Assembly: GCA_002269645.1 (NCBI GenBank)
Contig: NIVC01002163.1
Location: forward strand, 62,001 to 126,000
Origin: Macrostomum lignano
Lineage: Eukaryota
DNA: 64,000 nucleotides
Reading direction: 5' to 3'
The stretch's first letter is position 1. The number at the start of each line of letters is the position of its first letter. The translations under genes were made by a program, and so were the position numbers. Shown here in pieces: positions 36,901 to 49,244 of this stretch. The notes beneath the pieces were generated by a model. It saw only the letters and a program-made list of their open reading frames with translations. It did not search any database and was not told the DNA's origin.

Positions 36901-36939
36901 CTGCTGACTCAAACCCTGGAGCGGCTGAGGCAAGGCTAA
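30990..36939 (+). CDS. SNX6: Sorting nexin 5/6 (PX-BAR); start codon not found in the genomic exon
   Basis: Exons 30990-31375, 33081-33204, 34146-34347, 34429-34507, 35966-36338 and 36889-36939 join in frame via GT-AG. Peptides [49 protein letters not shown] and [13 protein letters not shown] match SNX5/6/32. Confidence 0.95.
31381..32995. repeat. Intronic G-rich minisatellite (~25-26 bp TCACATCAGTCTGGGGTTAGGGGGG, shifting to a 45-bp dimer at the 3' end)
   Basis: Directly visible; begins immediately after the GTGAGT donor. Confidence 0.95.
33260..34104. repeat. Intronic minisatellite, 23 bp unit GAGAGAATCGCCCTTCTACTCCT
   Basis: Directly visible. Confidence 0.97.
34540..35860. repeat. Intronic minisatellite, 25 bp unit GATGACCGATTTCTGGATTGTGGGT
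   Basis: Directly visible. Confidence 0.96.
36375..36845. repeat. Intronic minisatellite, 16 bp unit TCGAATCTTTATGA(GC/AC/CT)
   Basis: Directly visible. Confidence 0.93.
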
Positions 36940-37721
36940 AGTCAGATTAAAATCTGCCAGGCGCCTGGTCCATCTCTTTAGAACTGATGGCGTGATTTTT
37001 TAATAAGTAATCATCAGACTATGATAGTAACTCACTGTATGCGGAACCTTTGCTTCCAAAATTTAATATAATATAGTCTAATTTTTAACAAACTCGTACG
37101 ACCTGCAACCGAAATCTTCCTGGTGCCACCTGTCAATGCTAGGCCTTGTTGCATGTACAGCATGCTATCATAAATAAGAAGCTCGTGCACTTATTATACT
37201 ACTCATGCCAGCTTCTACCGCTAAAGTGCCGCTGTTAAACTTGTTATTTTTTATTCCAGAATCCAGCTAAGATTATAAAAAGGACGTGTAGGTTTTTATA
37301 AAGTATTATATTAAATCAGTGTCATTCACATTCCTTTCAGTTAAAAATTTAATAAATACTCGTAGATCCATACACGTAGATAATCATGGGTTATCCAGCT
37401 ATGCTTATAATCAGAGCGTTAGCAACTCTGGTTATCTGGCTAACTAAATTGAAAGGATTTTGTTTCATTTGTGACATGATTAGCAAATATTTATTGCAAT
37501 GTTTTTGTTATTTCTTATTTTTCGGACTTCTTTTGATGAATAATGTTACCTGGGCATTTATACACGCGTAAAGCTTATTATACAGTGTTATGCATCTTGC
37601 GGGCTCGTTGCTTTTTCGACAATGAATCATTTAGCTTTTCGATTTTATTGCATTTATTATCCGTGTAGTAAGTTGTCAATTCAACTTCAGTTGTTATCCT
37701 TTTATGACTTGGTTGCATTCG

Positions 37722-38815
37722 CTAGTGTCTCTTTGATCTTGCCGAACTTGCTAGTATCTCTTTGATCTTGCCGCACTTGCTACGAGTAGTGTCTCTCTTT
37801 GATCTTGCCGCCCAACTCGCTAGTGTCTCTGATCTTGCCGCACTTGCAAGTGTCTCTTTGATCTTGCTGCTCAACTCGCTAGTGCCTCTTTGATCTTGCC
37901 GCTCAACTCGCTAGTGCCTCTTTGATCTTGCCGCTCAACTCGCTAGTGTCTCTTTGATCTTGCCGCTCAACTCGCTAGTGCCTCTTTGATCTTGCCGCTC
38001 AACTCGCTAGTGTCTCTTTGATCTTGCCGCTCAACTCGCTAGTGTCTCTGATCTTGCAGACACTTGCAAGTGTATCTTTGATCTTGCCGCTCAACTCGCT
38101 GGTGTCTCTTTGATCTTGCCGCTCAACTCGCTGGTGTCTCTTTGATCTTGCCGCTCAACTCGCTGGTGTCTCTTTGATCTTGCCGCTCGACTCGCTGGTG
38201 TCTCTTTGATCTTGCCGCTCAACTCGCTGGTGTCTCTTTGATCTTGCCGCTCAACTCGCTGGTGTCTCTTTGATCTTGCCGCTCAACTCGCTGGTGTCTC
38301 TTTGATCTTGCCGCTCAACTCGCTGGTGTCTCTGATCTTGCCGCTCAACTCGCTGGTGTCTCTTTGATCTTGCCGCTCAACTCGCTGGTGTCTCTTTGAT
38401 CTTGCCGCTCAACTCGCTGGTGTCTCTTTGATCTTGCCGCTCAACTCGCTGGTGTCTCTTTGATCTTGCCGCTCAACTCGCTGGTGTCTCTTTGATCTTG
38501 CCGCTCAACTCGCTGGTGTCTCTGATCTTGCCGCTCAACTCGCTGGTGTCTCTTTGATCTTGCCGCTCAACTCGCTGGTGTCTCTTTGATCTTGCCGCTC
38601 AACTCGCTGGTGTCTCTGATCTTGCCGCTCAACTCGCTGGTGTCTCTTTGATCTTGCCGCTCAACTCGCTGGTGTCTCTTTGATCTTGCCGCTCAACTCG
38701 CTGGTGTCTCTTTGATCTCCCCGAACTCGCTAGTGTCTCTTTGATCTTGCCGCACTCGCTAGTGTCTCTTTTTGACCTTCCCGCCCAACTCGCTAGTGCC
38801 TTTGATCTTGCCGAA
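37722..38815. repeat. Intergenic minisatellite, 32 bp unit CTCGCTGGTGTCTCTTTGATCTTGCCGCTCAA
   Basis: Directly visible, between convergent 3' ends. Confidence 0.97.
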
Positions 38816-39015
38816 CGCATGCGAGCAGAATCAACACATCATTCAAAATGATGATTAAATATCAAACAATTTTCTGGAGAGAAGCATCATATACGAGCGT
38901 AAAAATTAAGAACAAATGTTTTTTCTTCATTAGAAATTTTGTCCATTACGTACAATATAAAAATCATATATTGTTTGCAATTTACAATATAAAACTATAG
39001 TGAAGTTGAAACAAA

Positions 39016-39447
39016 TCAGAAATGAAGGGCAGCTGGAGCCCCATCGCCAGCCGCATCATCCTGGATGTTGTAGGGGCTGGCGCCGACCCCAGGTGCGGGC
39101 ACCTGCGAGTAGGTGCTCGCGGCGGCCGCCGCCTTGCCGAGGTCGGCGAGCTGCGCCCCGCTGGCCCGGCACTGCCAGACGAAGGCGCCGACGATGCTGG
39201 CGATGCCGCACAGCAGGCAGGCGGTGCCGGCGCCGGCAAACCTCGCCGAGTAGGCCACCGCAGCGCTGAGGATGAGCACGAAGCCCAATACGAATAGTGT
39301 CCAGATGAGCAGCAGCTCGCGGGCGCTGAGCAGCCGCCTGCCGCCGGATCTGCCCGACCGGGCCACTGAGCTGGCTGACGAGTGCAGCTGATCCCGGTCG
39401 GTGCCACCGTAGGCGGAGCCCGGCTTGCTCGTTGCCCAGTCGCTCAT
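39016..39447 (-). CDS. Small two-transmembrane-helix protein of unknown family (143 aa)
   Basis: ATG preceded by acceptor TTCAG|AAAC; two hydrophobic segments (ELLLIWTLFVLGFVLILSAAVAY and GTACLLCGIASIVGAFVW); GC-rich codon style like neighbouring exons. Confidence 0.65.
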   Translation of the reverse strand: MSDWATSKPGSAYGGTDRDQLHSSASSVARSGRSGGRRLLSARELLLIWTLFVLGFVLILSAAVAYSARFAGAGTACLLCGIASIVGAFVWQCRASGAQLADLGKAAAAASTYSQVPAPGVGASPYNIQDDAAGDGAPAALHF

Positions 39448-41098
39448 GTTTCTGAATGCAAGTGAAGTATAACAAATCTAAAACGGCCCTCTTTGGGTAA
39501 TTGGATGAGTTAGGATTCTAAGATTGCTCAAATCAATGTGCAGTTGGTTCAGACACATTTCGAAATTGATTTGAGCAATTTTGGACCCGCAGAGCTGGTG
39601 GCGGTGATGTGAGAACTGGCCTTAAATGTGTTCTGCGCCAGATAGCTGACTGGCATGACTGTTTTCACAATCACAGCTAATGCTTACTTTGTTTGATCAA
39701 TAGTTCACAGAGATAAGAGTACTGTAGATAACTTTATTTTGGTGTATAATTATAAAATGCTATGGGGCTTAAAACACTTAAAATTACCTTTGGCATCACG
39801 GCACCAAGTGAACGTATGGTTAAGCAGTTTCGCTTAAATAATAATTGATTACATGCACCTTCCATAATTGCGCTAGATGTGCAACCGACAGCTCAGCCGT
39901 AGCTATTGCACGGCGCATCTGAAGGCTGCGTACGGCTGTTCAGTCCAAGAACTGGGGGGTCGCCACACACCCTCAATTACCCCAGCTAATGCTGGCACCC
40001 ATTTTACAGCTGGCTGAACTGAAGCAATGAATGCAGAGTTAAGTGCCCTGCTCAAGGACACATTTTTTTTCCAGTGGGATCGGGATTCGAACCCCGACCT
40101 TCAAAGCCCTGCTCTCTTGGCTGCATAAGCAAGCTTGGAAGCAGAATACAAGTGAAGCAATATGTTTTAGTAGTCGAATAAAAAAAACAAATAACCGATC
40201 CTGCACTTACCTAAATATACAGTTAACAAATTCGAATACTCAAAAAGGTTTGAGTTTGCTCCGAAAGAAATGCTGTCTCCAGAGCGTCAAACAAAATAAG
40301 CATATATAAATTGTACAGGTCGGTCTAAAGAACCTTTGGCTTATCAGTCTTGTACACTTTTGAGACGCAGCTGAGTAGGGTCACATTTTGTTTATAGCGT
40401 TATCTCCGAGAATCCAAGCAGCACTCGTGGCGAGCAGAAGTCTGCTGGCCTTGATTTTGTCCTGCTGACAGCAACCTTAACATTCTACTTCTCTCTACTG
40501 ATTATAAGTAGTACGCTTAGCTGGCAGGGTAAAAAATACCATTCGTGCATGTATTAACAGTAGGAATCCAAGCCATTTTTCCGCCCGTCGAACTACCAAG
40601 AGGGAACCCTGGCAATTTTTTGCTGCGCCGGAACGGAGCAACGCAGTCTTTCACCTGGTGTAATCTGTTGAAGGTGTCGACGGCGTCGGGGTGATGACTA
40701 AATACTTGAAGAGACTAGCTGAGGATGTCCAGCAGTTGAGCTTCCAACGAAGTCAGAGCTGATGCAGACACATGCAGGCGCACAGGGGTGTACTGAATAC
40801 ACTGGCGCTTTTGGAAAAATCTGGTCGAATATCCTGTTCCCGTAAGGGATCATTCGTCTCGCAGTCCAGTTTTTGGTTTGCTAATCTTGAACTGTGATGG
40901 GCTGCGCTCGAATTCTGGATTGGAAATTTCTAAGACATCAGTGTCGAAGACGAGAAATTAAAGTGAGAGGTTTTTCTCCAAATAAACGGATGAGTTTTTG
41001 CGCAAATTAATTGTAACGCAATAAATATATTTTTTACGAGCCATTTATTCACAAAGCGTGCATACGATTAAAACAGCATATGCGTGCATACTACACTA

Positions 41099-41715
41099 CT
41101 ACTGAACAGCACCAGTTTGGCCAGTAGTATCTGCCGGATCTGGCACCCGTTCGAACACGGCTGGCAGGCAGCTGCGACCCTCTCGTTGAGCTTTCCGGCC
41201 CTCCTCGGTCGTATCGACCAGACGCGGCGTCAATGGGTCGCTCGCCAGCTCATCTGGCGACAGTTGGCGGAACAGCGGATGGCAGGCGGCGTGCTGCACA
41301 ATCCAGTCGTGCAGTTCGGGCACGTCAGTAGCCGTGTAGAGCCGGCCGCCCGGCCGCAGCACGTAGGCGTATTCGGCTAGCAGGGCCGGGCTGATGATTC
41401 GCCATTTGTGCTTGGCCCGTTTGAAATGCGGATCGGGGTACAGGAACAGCAGCTTGCTGAGCTGGCCCTGCCGGGGTCGCGATGGCCAATGAGAAACGAG
41501 TAAGATGTACAAGGAAACCAGAAACAGTCTCCGATGCCAAGAAAGAATCTCTCTGGACCCTTTAACTATGCCAATAAATATTATTTATTAACCCAATTCA
41601 TATAAGTATATCCTGGCGCAACGCTTCCAGCGACATCGTCTCATAACCAACACTGAGGCGATTCTGCCCAATCCCATGACTACTGAGAAACATACAAGCG
41701 TTTGTAATGCTGTAA

Positions 41716-41755
<40 letters not shown>

Positions 41756-42817
41756 GCACAGGGTGTAAAACGGCCCTCTGATTTTCTAATCGGATTTTGC
41801 TTAAATTATCGAGTTTCATTTCAGAAAATCAATGCATCATTTCCTAGAACTAAGATGTGAATTTCTTAGAATTAGGATGTTCTTTCCAAAAATTGTTTCA
41901 CTTAAGAAGAAAGATATTATTTGCTGTAATCAAGGTGGTATTCTCTGAAATCAAGTGTGGTCATTGCTTGGAATCGAGACATTATTTCTTGGAATCAAGG
42001 TGTCATTTCCTGGAATCAAGGTATCATTTCCTGGAATCAAGGTATCATTTCCTGGAATCAAGGTATCATTTCCTAGAATCAAGGTATCATTTCCTGGAAT
42101 CAAGGTGTAATTTCCTGGAATCAAGGTATCATTTCCTGGAATCAAGGTGTCATTTCCTGCAACCAAGAAGTCATTTCCTGGAATCAAGGTGTCATTTCCT
42201 GCAACCAAGAAGTCATTTCCTGGAATCAAGGTGTCATTTCCTGAAATCGATGCATCAAGTTGTGATTCAGCTCAATGCGTCACATCCAACAAAATGGCGT
42301 CTCAGGAATTGGCAGAAGCTACTGTTTGAGTGTAGAATTATCAAACTCTGCAAACGCGCACCTTTCGAAAATAATTAACCAACTGTTTCATAGCGTTGCT
42401 CCTGACACAGGCAATGTTGCCATAGCAACCAGGATGAGCGGCCCGCATAGCTCGAATCTTCTCTTGCACATAGTCGCACACTTTAATCCGAATCTCCATG
42501 CCGAGCGCCCGCCTGTCCGGGTGCAGCTCGGCCAGGGCGAACAGCATGCCGCCGTAGCCGCAGCCGACATCGGCGAATTCCACATCGTCGCCTTCTTTGA
42601 AATCGCTGGCAAAGATGCCCGGCCAGTCGACGTCAGCCGGCCGGCTTGGCGAGTCAAGACTGTGCCGGGAGTGCGGGTTGCAGTGCGCCCGCTGCCGGAA
42701 ATAGCGCTTCTGCGGCAGCTGCTGCTCCTCACTTATTGAGGCCATTGAGGATGAGGGCTCGAGTCTGCAGTCATGAATGGAGCGGACAAATATCGAGTTT
42801 GAAGTACGGAGTAGCAT
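41099..42817 (-). CDS. METTL1: tRNA (guanine-N7)-methyltransferase catalytic subunit (METTL1/Trm8)
   Basis: Exons 42817 (or 42745)-42362 and 41467-41099 in phase 0 (AAG|GTGCGC ... GGCAG|GGC). Motifs LPQKRYFRQRAHCNP, VEFADVGCGYGG, GMEIRIKV and LFLYPDPHFKRAKHKWRII. Confidence 0.96.
41717..41752. repeat. (AC)n microsatellite
   Basis: Directly visible in the METTL1 intron. Confidence 0.95.
41966..42243. repeat. Intronic minisatellite, 21 bp unit CCTGGAATCAAGGT(A/G)TCATTT
   Basis: Directly visible. Confidence 0.93.
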
Positions 42818-42849
42818 TGAGGATCGAAGCCTAGAAGAGCTTTGAGGAA

Positions 42850-43455
42850 TTAAGCCTAACATCCTGAGAAGTGGCGGGAGATTTAGTCTGAAATCCTGAA
42901 GAATCGGTGAGGGATTGAGTCTGAAGTCCTGAGAAATGGCGGGAGATTGAGTCTGAAGTCCTGAAGAATCGGTGAGAGATTGAGTCTGAAATCCTGAAGA
43001 AACGGTGAGGGATCGAGTCTGAAGTCCTGAGAAATGGCGGGAGATTGAGCCTGAAGTCCTGAATAATCGGTGAGGGATCGAGTCTGAAGTCCTGAGAAAT
43101 GGCGGGAGATTGAGCCTGAAGTCCTGAATAATCGGTGAGGGATCGAGTCTGAAGTCCTGAGAAATGGCGGGAGATTGAGCCTGAAGTCCTGAATAATCGG
43201 TGAGGGATCGAGTCTGAAGTCCTGAGAAATGGCGGGAGATTGAGTCTGAAGTCCTGAAGAAACGGTGAGGGATTGAGTCTGAAGTCCTGAGAAATGGCGG
43301 GAGATTGAGCCTGAAGTCCTGAATAATCGGTGAGGGATCGAGTCTGAAGTCCTGAGAAATGGCGGGAGATTGAGTCTGAAGTCATGAAGAATCGGTGAGG
43401 GATTGAGCCTAAAGTCCTGACGAATCGGTGAGGGATCCAGCCTGAAGTCCTGAAC
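42850..43455. repeat. Dimeric minisatellite, 65 bp (32+33) unit, upstream of METTL1
   Basis: GAAGTCCTGAGAAAT recurs at 43021 and 43086; lies between a candidate donor (43491) and acceptor (42831) on the - strand. Confidence 0.93.
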
Positions 43456-44059
43456 AGCAATACCAAATAGATAACTCATTAAGACATTCACCTACTGAAA
43501 TAACTTATAAAGCAACAAAGAAGGCACTCCAGTGACAATATCAGTGAACATCACTTGTATTACAGAGCTACGAGCAGGTGACACAGCAATAGATATATGA
43601 TTGAAATTTGGTCCTCCAATAAAAGCCAAATAGGCCAATATTGCGTACACATGCTATGCCTAGCATAGAGTACACAGTTAATGATTTATATAATTGAATT
43701 ACATCTGCCTAACATGTTTAACCGCCACCACTGATAGTCAAGACAAAGGTTAATAGGTTATTAATAGGCTAGTTTAAATAAATAATGAATTTCAAAACTC
43801 ACTCAGTCATTCAGAAACCATTTGCATCATAAGAGAAAAAATCTACGAGTTCTTTTAACTTAGCAATTAAATCAACGATTTAAACTCAACAAAAACACAT
43901 TATATTTATGAGCGAAAGACTTATAATATTAAACTGCTGGTGCTGTTTTGTCTTAGCTTTGATAACACGAGATCCGAGAGGTACAGCAATTAGACTCGGG
44001 TAAATTAGATTCTCTGCAGTATATCTCACACATAAAATATGATCTCATCCCCTAGCAGG

Positions 44060-46135
44060 AAATTCTCACCCATTTAGATGTCAAATCTTTATTCTCACCT
44101 ATTTTAGATTTAAATCTCTAATCTCATACCTTGGCTAGATATTATCACCTATGTAGATGTCTAACATCTAATCTCATACCTTGGCTAGATATTATCACCT
44201 ATGTAGATGTCTAACATCTAATCTCATACCTGGGCTAGATATTATCACCTATGTAGATGTCTAACATCTAATCTCATACCTTGGCTAGATATTATCACCT
44301 ATGTAGATGTCTAACATCTAATCTCATACCTTGGCTAGATATTATCACCTATGTAGATGTCTAACATCTAATCTCATACCTGGGCTAGATATTATCACCT
44401 ATGTAGATGTCTAACCTCTAATCTCATACCTTGGCTAGATATTATCACCTATGTAGATGTCTAACCTCTAATCTCATACCTTGGCTAGATATTATCACCA
44501 TGTAGATGTCTAACATCTAATCTCATACCTTGGCTAGATATTATCACCTATGTAGATGTCTAACCTCTAATCTCATACCTTGGCTAGATATTATCACCAT
44601 GTAGATGTCTAACATCTAATCTCATACCTGGGCTAGATATTATCACCTATGTAGATGTCTAAGCTATAATCTCATACCTTGGCTAGATATTATCACCTAT
44701 GTAGATGTCTAAGCTATAATCTCATACCTGGGCTAGATATTCTCACCATGTAGATGTCTAACATCTAATCTCATACCTGGGCTAGATATTATCACCTATG
44801 TAGATGTCTAAGCTATAATCTCATACCTTGGCTAGATATTATCACCTATGTAGATGTCTAAGCTATAATCTCATACATTGGCTAGATATTATCACCTATG
44901 TAGATGTCTAAGCTATAATCTCATACCTTGGCTAGATATTATCACCTATGTAGATGTCTAAGCTATAATCTCATACCTTGGCTAGATATTATCACCTATG
45001 TAGATGTCTAAGCTATAATCTCATACCTGGGCTAGATATTCTCACCATGTAGATGTCTAACATCTAATCTCATACCTGGGCTAGATATTATCACCTATGT
45101 AGATGTCTAAGCTATAATCTCATACCTTGGCTAGATATTATCACCTATGTAGATGTCTAAGCTATAATCTCATACATTGGCTAGATATTATCACCTATGT
45201 AGATGTCTAAGCTATAATCTCATACCTTGGCTAGATATTATCACCTATGTAGATGTCTAAGCTATAATCTCATACCTTGGCTAGATATTATCACCTATGT
45301 AGATGTCTAACATCTAATCTCATACCTGGGCTAGATATTCTCACCATGTAGATGTGAAATCTCTAATCTCATACCTGGGCTAGATATTATCACCTATGTA
45401 GATGTCTAACCTCTAATCTCATACCTGGGCTAGATATTCTCACCATGTAGATGTTAAATCTCTAATCTCATACCTTGGCTAGATATTATCACCTATGTAG
45501 ATGTCTAACATCTAATCTCATACCTGGGCTAGATATTATCACCTATGTAGATGTCTAACCTCTAATCTCATACCTGGGCTAGATATTCTCACCATGTAGA
45601 TGTTAAATCTCTAATCTCATACCTTGGCTAGATATTATCACCTATGTAGATGTCTAACATCTAATCTCATACCTGGGCTAGATATTATCACCTATGTAGA
45701 TGTCTAACATCTAATCTCATACCTGGGCTAGATATTATCACCTATGTAGATGTCTAACCTCTAATCTCATACCTGGGCTAGATATTCTCACCATGTAGAT
45801 GTGAAATCTCTAATCTCATACCTGGGCTAGATATTATCACCTATGTAGATGTCTAACCTCTAATCTCATACCTGGGCTAGATATTCTCACCATGTAGATG
45901 TGAAATCTCTAATCTCATACCTGGGCTAGATATTCTCATCTATGTAGATGTCTAAGCTATAATCTCATACCTGGACTAGATATTCTCACCATGTAGATGT
46001 CAAATCTCAAATCTCATACCTTGGCTAGATAATCTCACCTATTTTATTAGATATATAATCTCTAATCTCATATTCTCATTTTTTTTTAGTAGATGCCTAA
46101 TCTCTAATCTCATACCTGGGCTAGATATTCTCACC
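44060..46135. repeat. Minisatellite, 50 bp unit CTAATCTCATACCT(T/G)GGCTAGATATTATCACCTATGTAGATGTCTAACAT, ~40 copies
   Basis: Directly visible between the STX5 stop and METTL1. Confidence 0.97.
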
Positions 46136-46237
46136 AATATATCAGTATGAAATCTCAGACAGCAAACAACGGCACCAATAAAGCCAGATGTCAGAGACGC
46201 CACAGCACTGAGGCAAATTACTCTCATAAAAAGACTC

Positions 46238-47583
46238 TCATCGCAGAAACACAACAAACAAGACAAAGAAAATGACAAGCAGGCCGAACACCTTCAGCAT
46301 TAAGCTCCTATTTGAGGTTAAAGATTTGAAAAATTTTAACAATTCCGCGTGAGCCACATCGACGTTGAGGGCGGTGTCGTCAACGCTGGCTCCGATACGG
46401 TGCACCAGCTCGTCCTGCTCCTTCACAATGGTGGCGAGCTGCTGGAACACGGAGCCGAGGTCCACCATGGTCTGTTCGATGCTTCGCATTGCATCGTCCC
46501 GCTCGTCCTGCTCCCGCGCATTGGCGAGCACCTGGCCCTGCCGCTGGTGCTGCTCCACGATGCCCGACATGTCAATGACCGAAGCGTCAGATTGACTGCG
46601 GTGCATCGAATCAGATTGATAGGCGGCCTGGTGTTGCTTCTGCTGCTGCTGCTTCAGCTGGACAGTGTCCTGATACCGGCCGGACATGTCGGCCAGACGG
46701 GTCTGCAGCGCCAGCACTACAGCGCTACTGTGGGCTGCCGACTGGCCGTGCGGAGATGCGCCGCTGTGCCTGATGGAGTCTTGCAGCAATCCGATCGACT
46801 GGTTCAGGCCGTTCAGATCCTGTGCAAGTGCCGGTTTTTCCGATCAAGCTGATATTACTAACAGTAGAGTAGCAATATACCCGCTTTTAAGCTTCTCGGA
46901 TATTGAAGTTGCATACTAACCACAACCGACTCTGCTTAACCTCAGATAGAGGATAAGAATGGGAATAATTAGGATAGACATTGGGATGGAATTCCAATAT
47001 TTAAACTATTAAATTTTACCAAATTTCATCAGCTTTGTTTAAAAATTTAACGCAGCTTTTACGCTAAACAAAGTTATTTACGATACATATCGCCAGTCAG
47101 AAGTTGCACTCTCACCTGACCGACAATCCTGGCGAGCTCGTCGAACTCTCCGACAGAAACCGGCAGCTGTTGATGCCCGGTGGCGGTACGCCCGGCCAGC
47201 AGCGCCAGTTTCTGCATTTTGGCGCCTGTCCGATTCAAATTGGCGCCAATTTGGCGCGCGTGCATTGCGAAACGGGACTCGCCAACGGCGCCTGGTGTGG
47301 CGCCAGCTCTTCGGCGCCAACCGGCGGCACCGCCGCCAAGGCCGCACATCTGGGAGACGACGGCGCGAAATTCCGGCGTCCGATCGCGACAACCGCCGGC
47401 GCCGCCGCTCGGCAACGAAGGCGCCATCGACGCGTTTGACGCCGGCGCCGTGGCGCTAAAACCAGACGCGGCAGGCGGTGACGGCGCCGGGGAGCCGTAG
47501 TAAGTTTCCTGCCAGGCGCCAGAGCGACCCCAGCTGGCGCCGACTGGCTCGCGCCGATGCCTGGCGCCAAATTCACCGTTCAT
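46238..47583 (-). CDS. STX5: Syntaxin-5 (Sed5) Qa-SNARE
   Basis: Exons 47583-47116 and 46819-46238 in phase 0. CRDRTPEF Sly1-binding motif, IVGQ|DLNGLNQSI, SNARE motif IEQTMVDLGSVFQQLATIVKEQDE, and C-terminal TM LKVFGLLVIFFVLFVVFLR. Confidence 0.95.
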
Positions 47584-48163
47584 GGGGGCTGAGCTGCAAA
47601 AGGGAGCGCGATGGGAAATTTTCGTTGTGAGGCGCTTGGCAACTGCTATGGGATCTGGGAGGGCCAGTCTGAGGATCTGAGAGGGCCAGCCTGAGGATCT
47701 GAGAGGGCTACCCTGAGGATCTGGGAGGGCCAGCCTGAAAATCTACCTAGGAGGGCGAGCCAGCAACTAAAGAGTGCCGGTAAAAGTTGAAAATTAATGA
47801 CTAGAAAAAATAAGGGCCAATACAAATGTAACAAATAAAACAAGCTTAATGGAGCGTAATCAACGGTTACAAGAAAGAATTTTGTGATAAGAAAATTGTT
47901 ACTCTTTTATTATATATAACTGCAAATAGCATTAAAACAAGTGCAAATAGAGGCTAATTTATGCTACTACAAAAATATTTTTTTAATCTGCCATTACTAC
48001 TGCTTAGTACGAGCGTAAGTGGAATGACAAAATGCCTGTTAGAGGCATCGTTGAATATTTATAGTTCTTTGGGTTAATAATCCTTATATACCAAAAATAT
48101 GCCGAGAGTGATTATAGAAAACAATAATAAAAACATCAGCTACGCATGGAAATTATATTCTAA

Positions 48164-49096
48164 CTAGCGAAGCCGCTTTCGTTTGGGTGGCGACGAATCG
48201 GAATCGGCATTCCGGATTTGTGCTTTAGGCCTTGCCGACGTCTTTGAAGTTGGCGGCGGCGGTGCCTTTGAAGTTGGCGGCGGTGCCTTTGAAGTTGGCG
48301 GCGGTGCCTTTGAAGTTGGCGGCGGTGCCTTTGAAGTTGCTTGCGATATCTGCTTTGAAGTTGGCAAGTTGGCATTAGTTGACGCCTTTGATGTTGCCGC
48401 CTCAGCTGGCGCCGTCAAAGCCTCCGCGGCCTTATCTCGCCGGCTAACGCAGGAACAGCCGAGCCAATAGAATCGCAGCGGCATGGCGGCGGCGGCCGGC
48501 CCGCAGCCGTCAATACCGATCCGCCGCGAAGTGACAATCTGATTGGCTGGCGGGCCGGGCGCCGACTCAATGTACACCCGGGCAGCCGGATCGCACATGT
48601 CAGTTTTATTATGAGTCAGCTTATCAACTGCTAGTGCTTGGCACAGCTTGGACGGACCGTTGCACAGCTCGTGCGGTTTCAACAATTTTGCGCCAACGGT
48701 ATCATTGCTACTATTAGTAGTTTTACTGAATTTGCCGCGTCGCGACTGCATAGCCGACTCGCCTTCGCACGGTTCCAAGGCGCGGATTAGTACTGCGCAA
48801 CCGTCGCCATTGGACGATACGTTGATGCAGCAGTACTGGCCGTAGATGCTGTACACGTAGCAGGTGCCCGGCTGCATGAACATAGCGGCGTTGCGCTCAG
48901 TTCGGCCTCTGTAAGAGTGCGCGGCCGGGTCAGCCTCGCCCAGGTAGGCCTCAGCTTCCACTATGCGGCCGGCTGAGCGGCAGCCGCTGGGGTCCGAGGC
49001 CTCGCAGACCAGGCGCTGGCCCAGCAGCCGCTTAGCCAGCTCCACGCAGTCGCGGGCGTAGAAGTCGCGGCCAAGGCGGACTGCGGCCGGGGATGC
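48164..49096 (-). CDS. MPG: 3-methyladenine DNA glycosylase (MPG/AAG); initiation site unresolved
   Basis: LAKRLLGQRLV, GRIVEAEAYLG, MFMQPGTCYVYSIYG, VLIRALEP, NGPSKLCQAL and SRRIGI motifs. Acceptor CCCGCAG| at 49097-49099; an alternative unspliced in-frame ATG lies at 49180. Confidence 0.93.
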   Translation of the reverse strand, partial: ASPAAVRLGRDFYARDCVELAKRLLGQRLVCEASDPSGCRSAGRIVEAEAYLGEADPAAHSYRGRTERNAAMFMQPGTCYVYSIYGQYCCINVSSNGDGCAVLIRALEPCEGESAMQSRRGKFSKTTNSSNDTVGAKLLKPHELCNGPSKLCQALAVDKLTHNKTDMCDPAARVYIESAPGPPANQIVTSRRIGIDGCGPAAAAMPLRFYWLGCSCVSRRDKAAEALTAPAEAATSKASTNANLPTSKQISQATSKAPPPTSKAPPPTSKAPPPTSKAPPPPTSKTSARPKAQIRNADSDSSPPKRKRLR

Positions 49097-49244
49097 CTGC
49101 GGGCGAGCAATGTGATGAAGAGGCTTGGAGTAGCTGAGATTGAGAAGTCTATTTGGCAGATTTATCTTAAAAATTGACATTTGGGAACATGGGAATAGAT
49201 CGAACAAAGGGATCTAATAAAAATCAATGGAAATGATTGGGACA

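Noticed and set aside
40600-40960. Coding-looking stretch between METTL1 and the 2-TM gene
   Set aside because: The - strand frame examined has two in-frame stops, the + strand ATG ORF is only ~22 codons, and no motif was recognised
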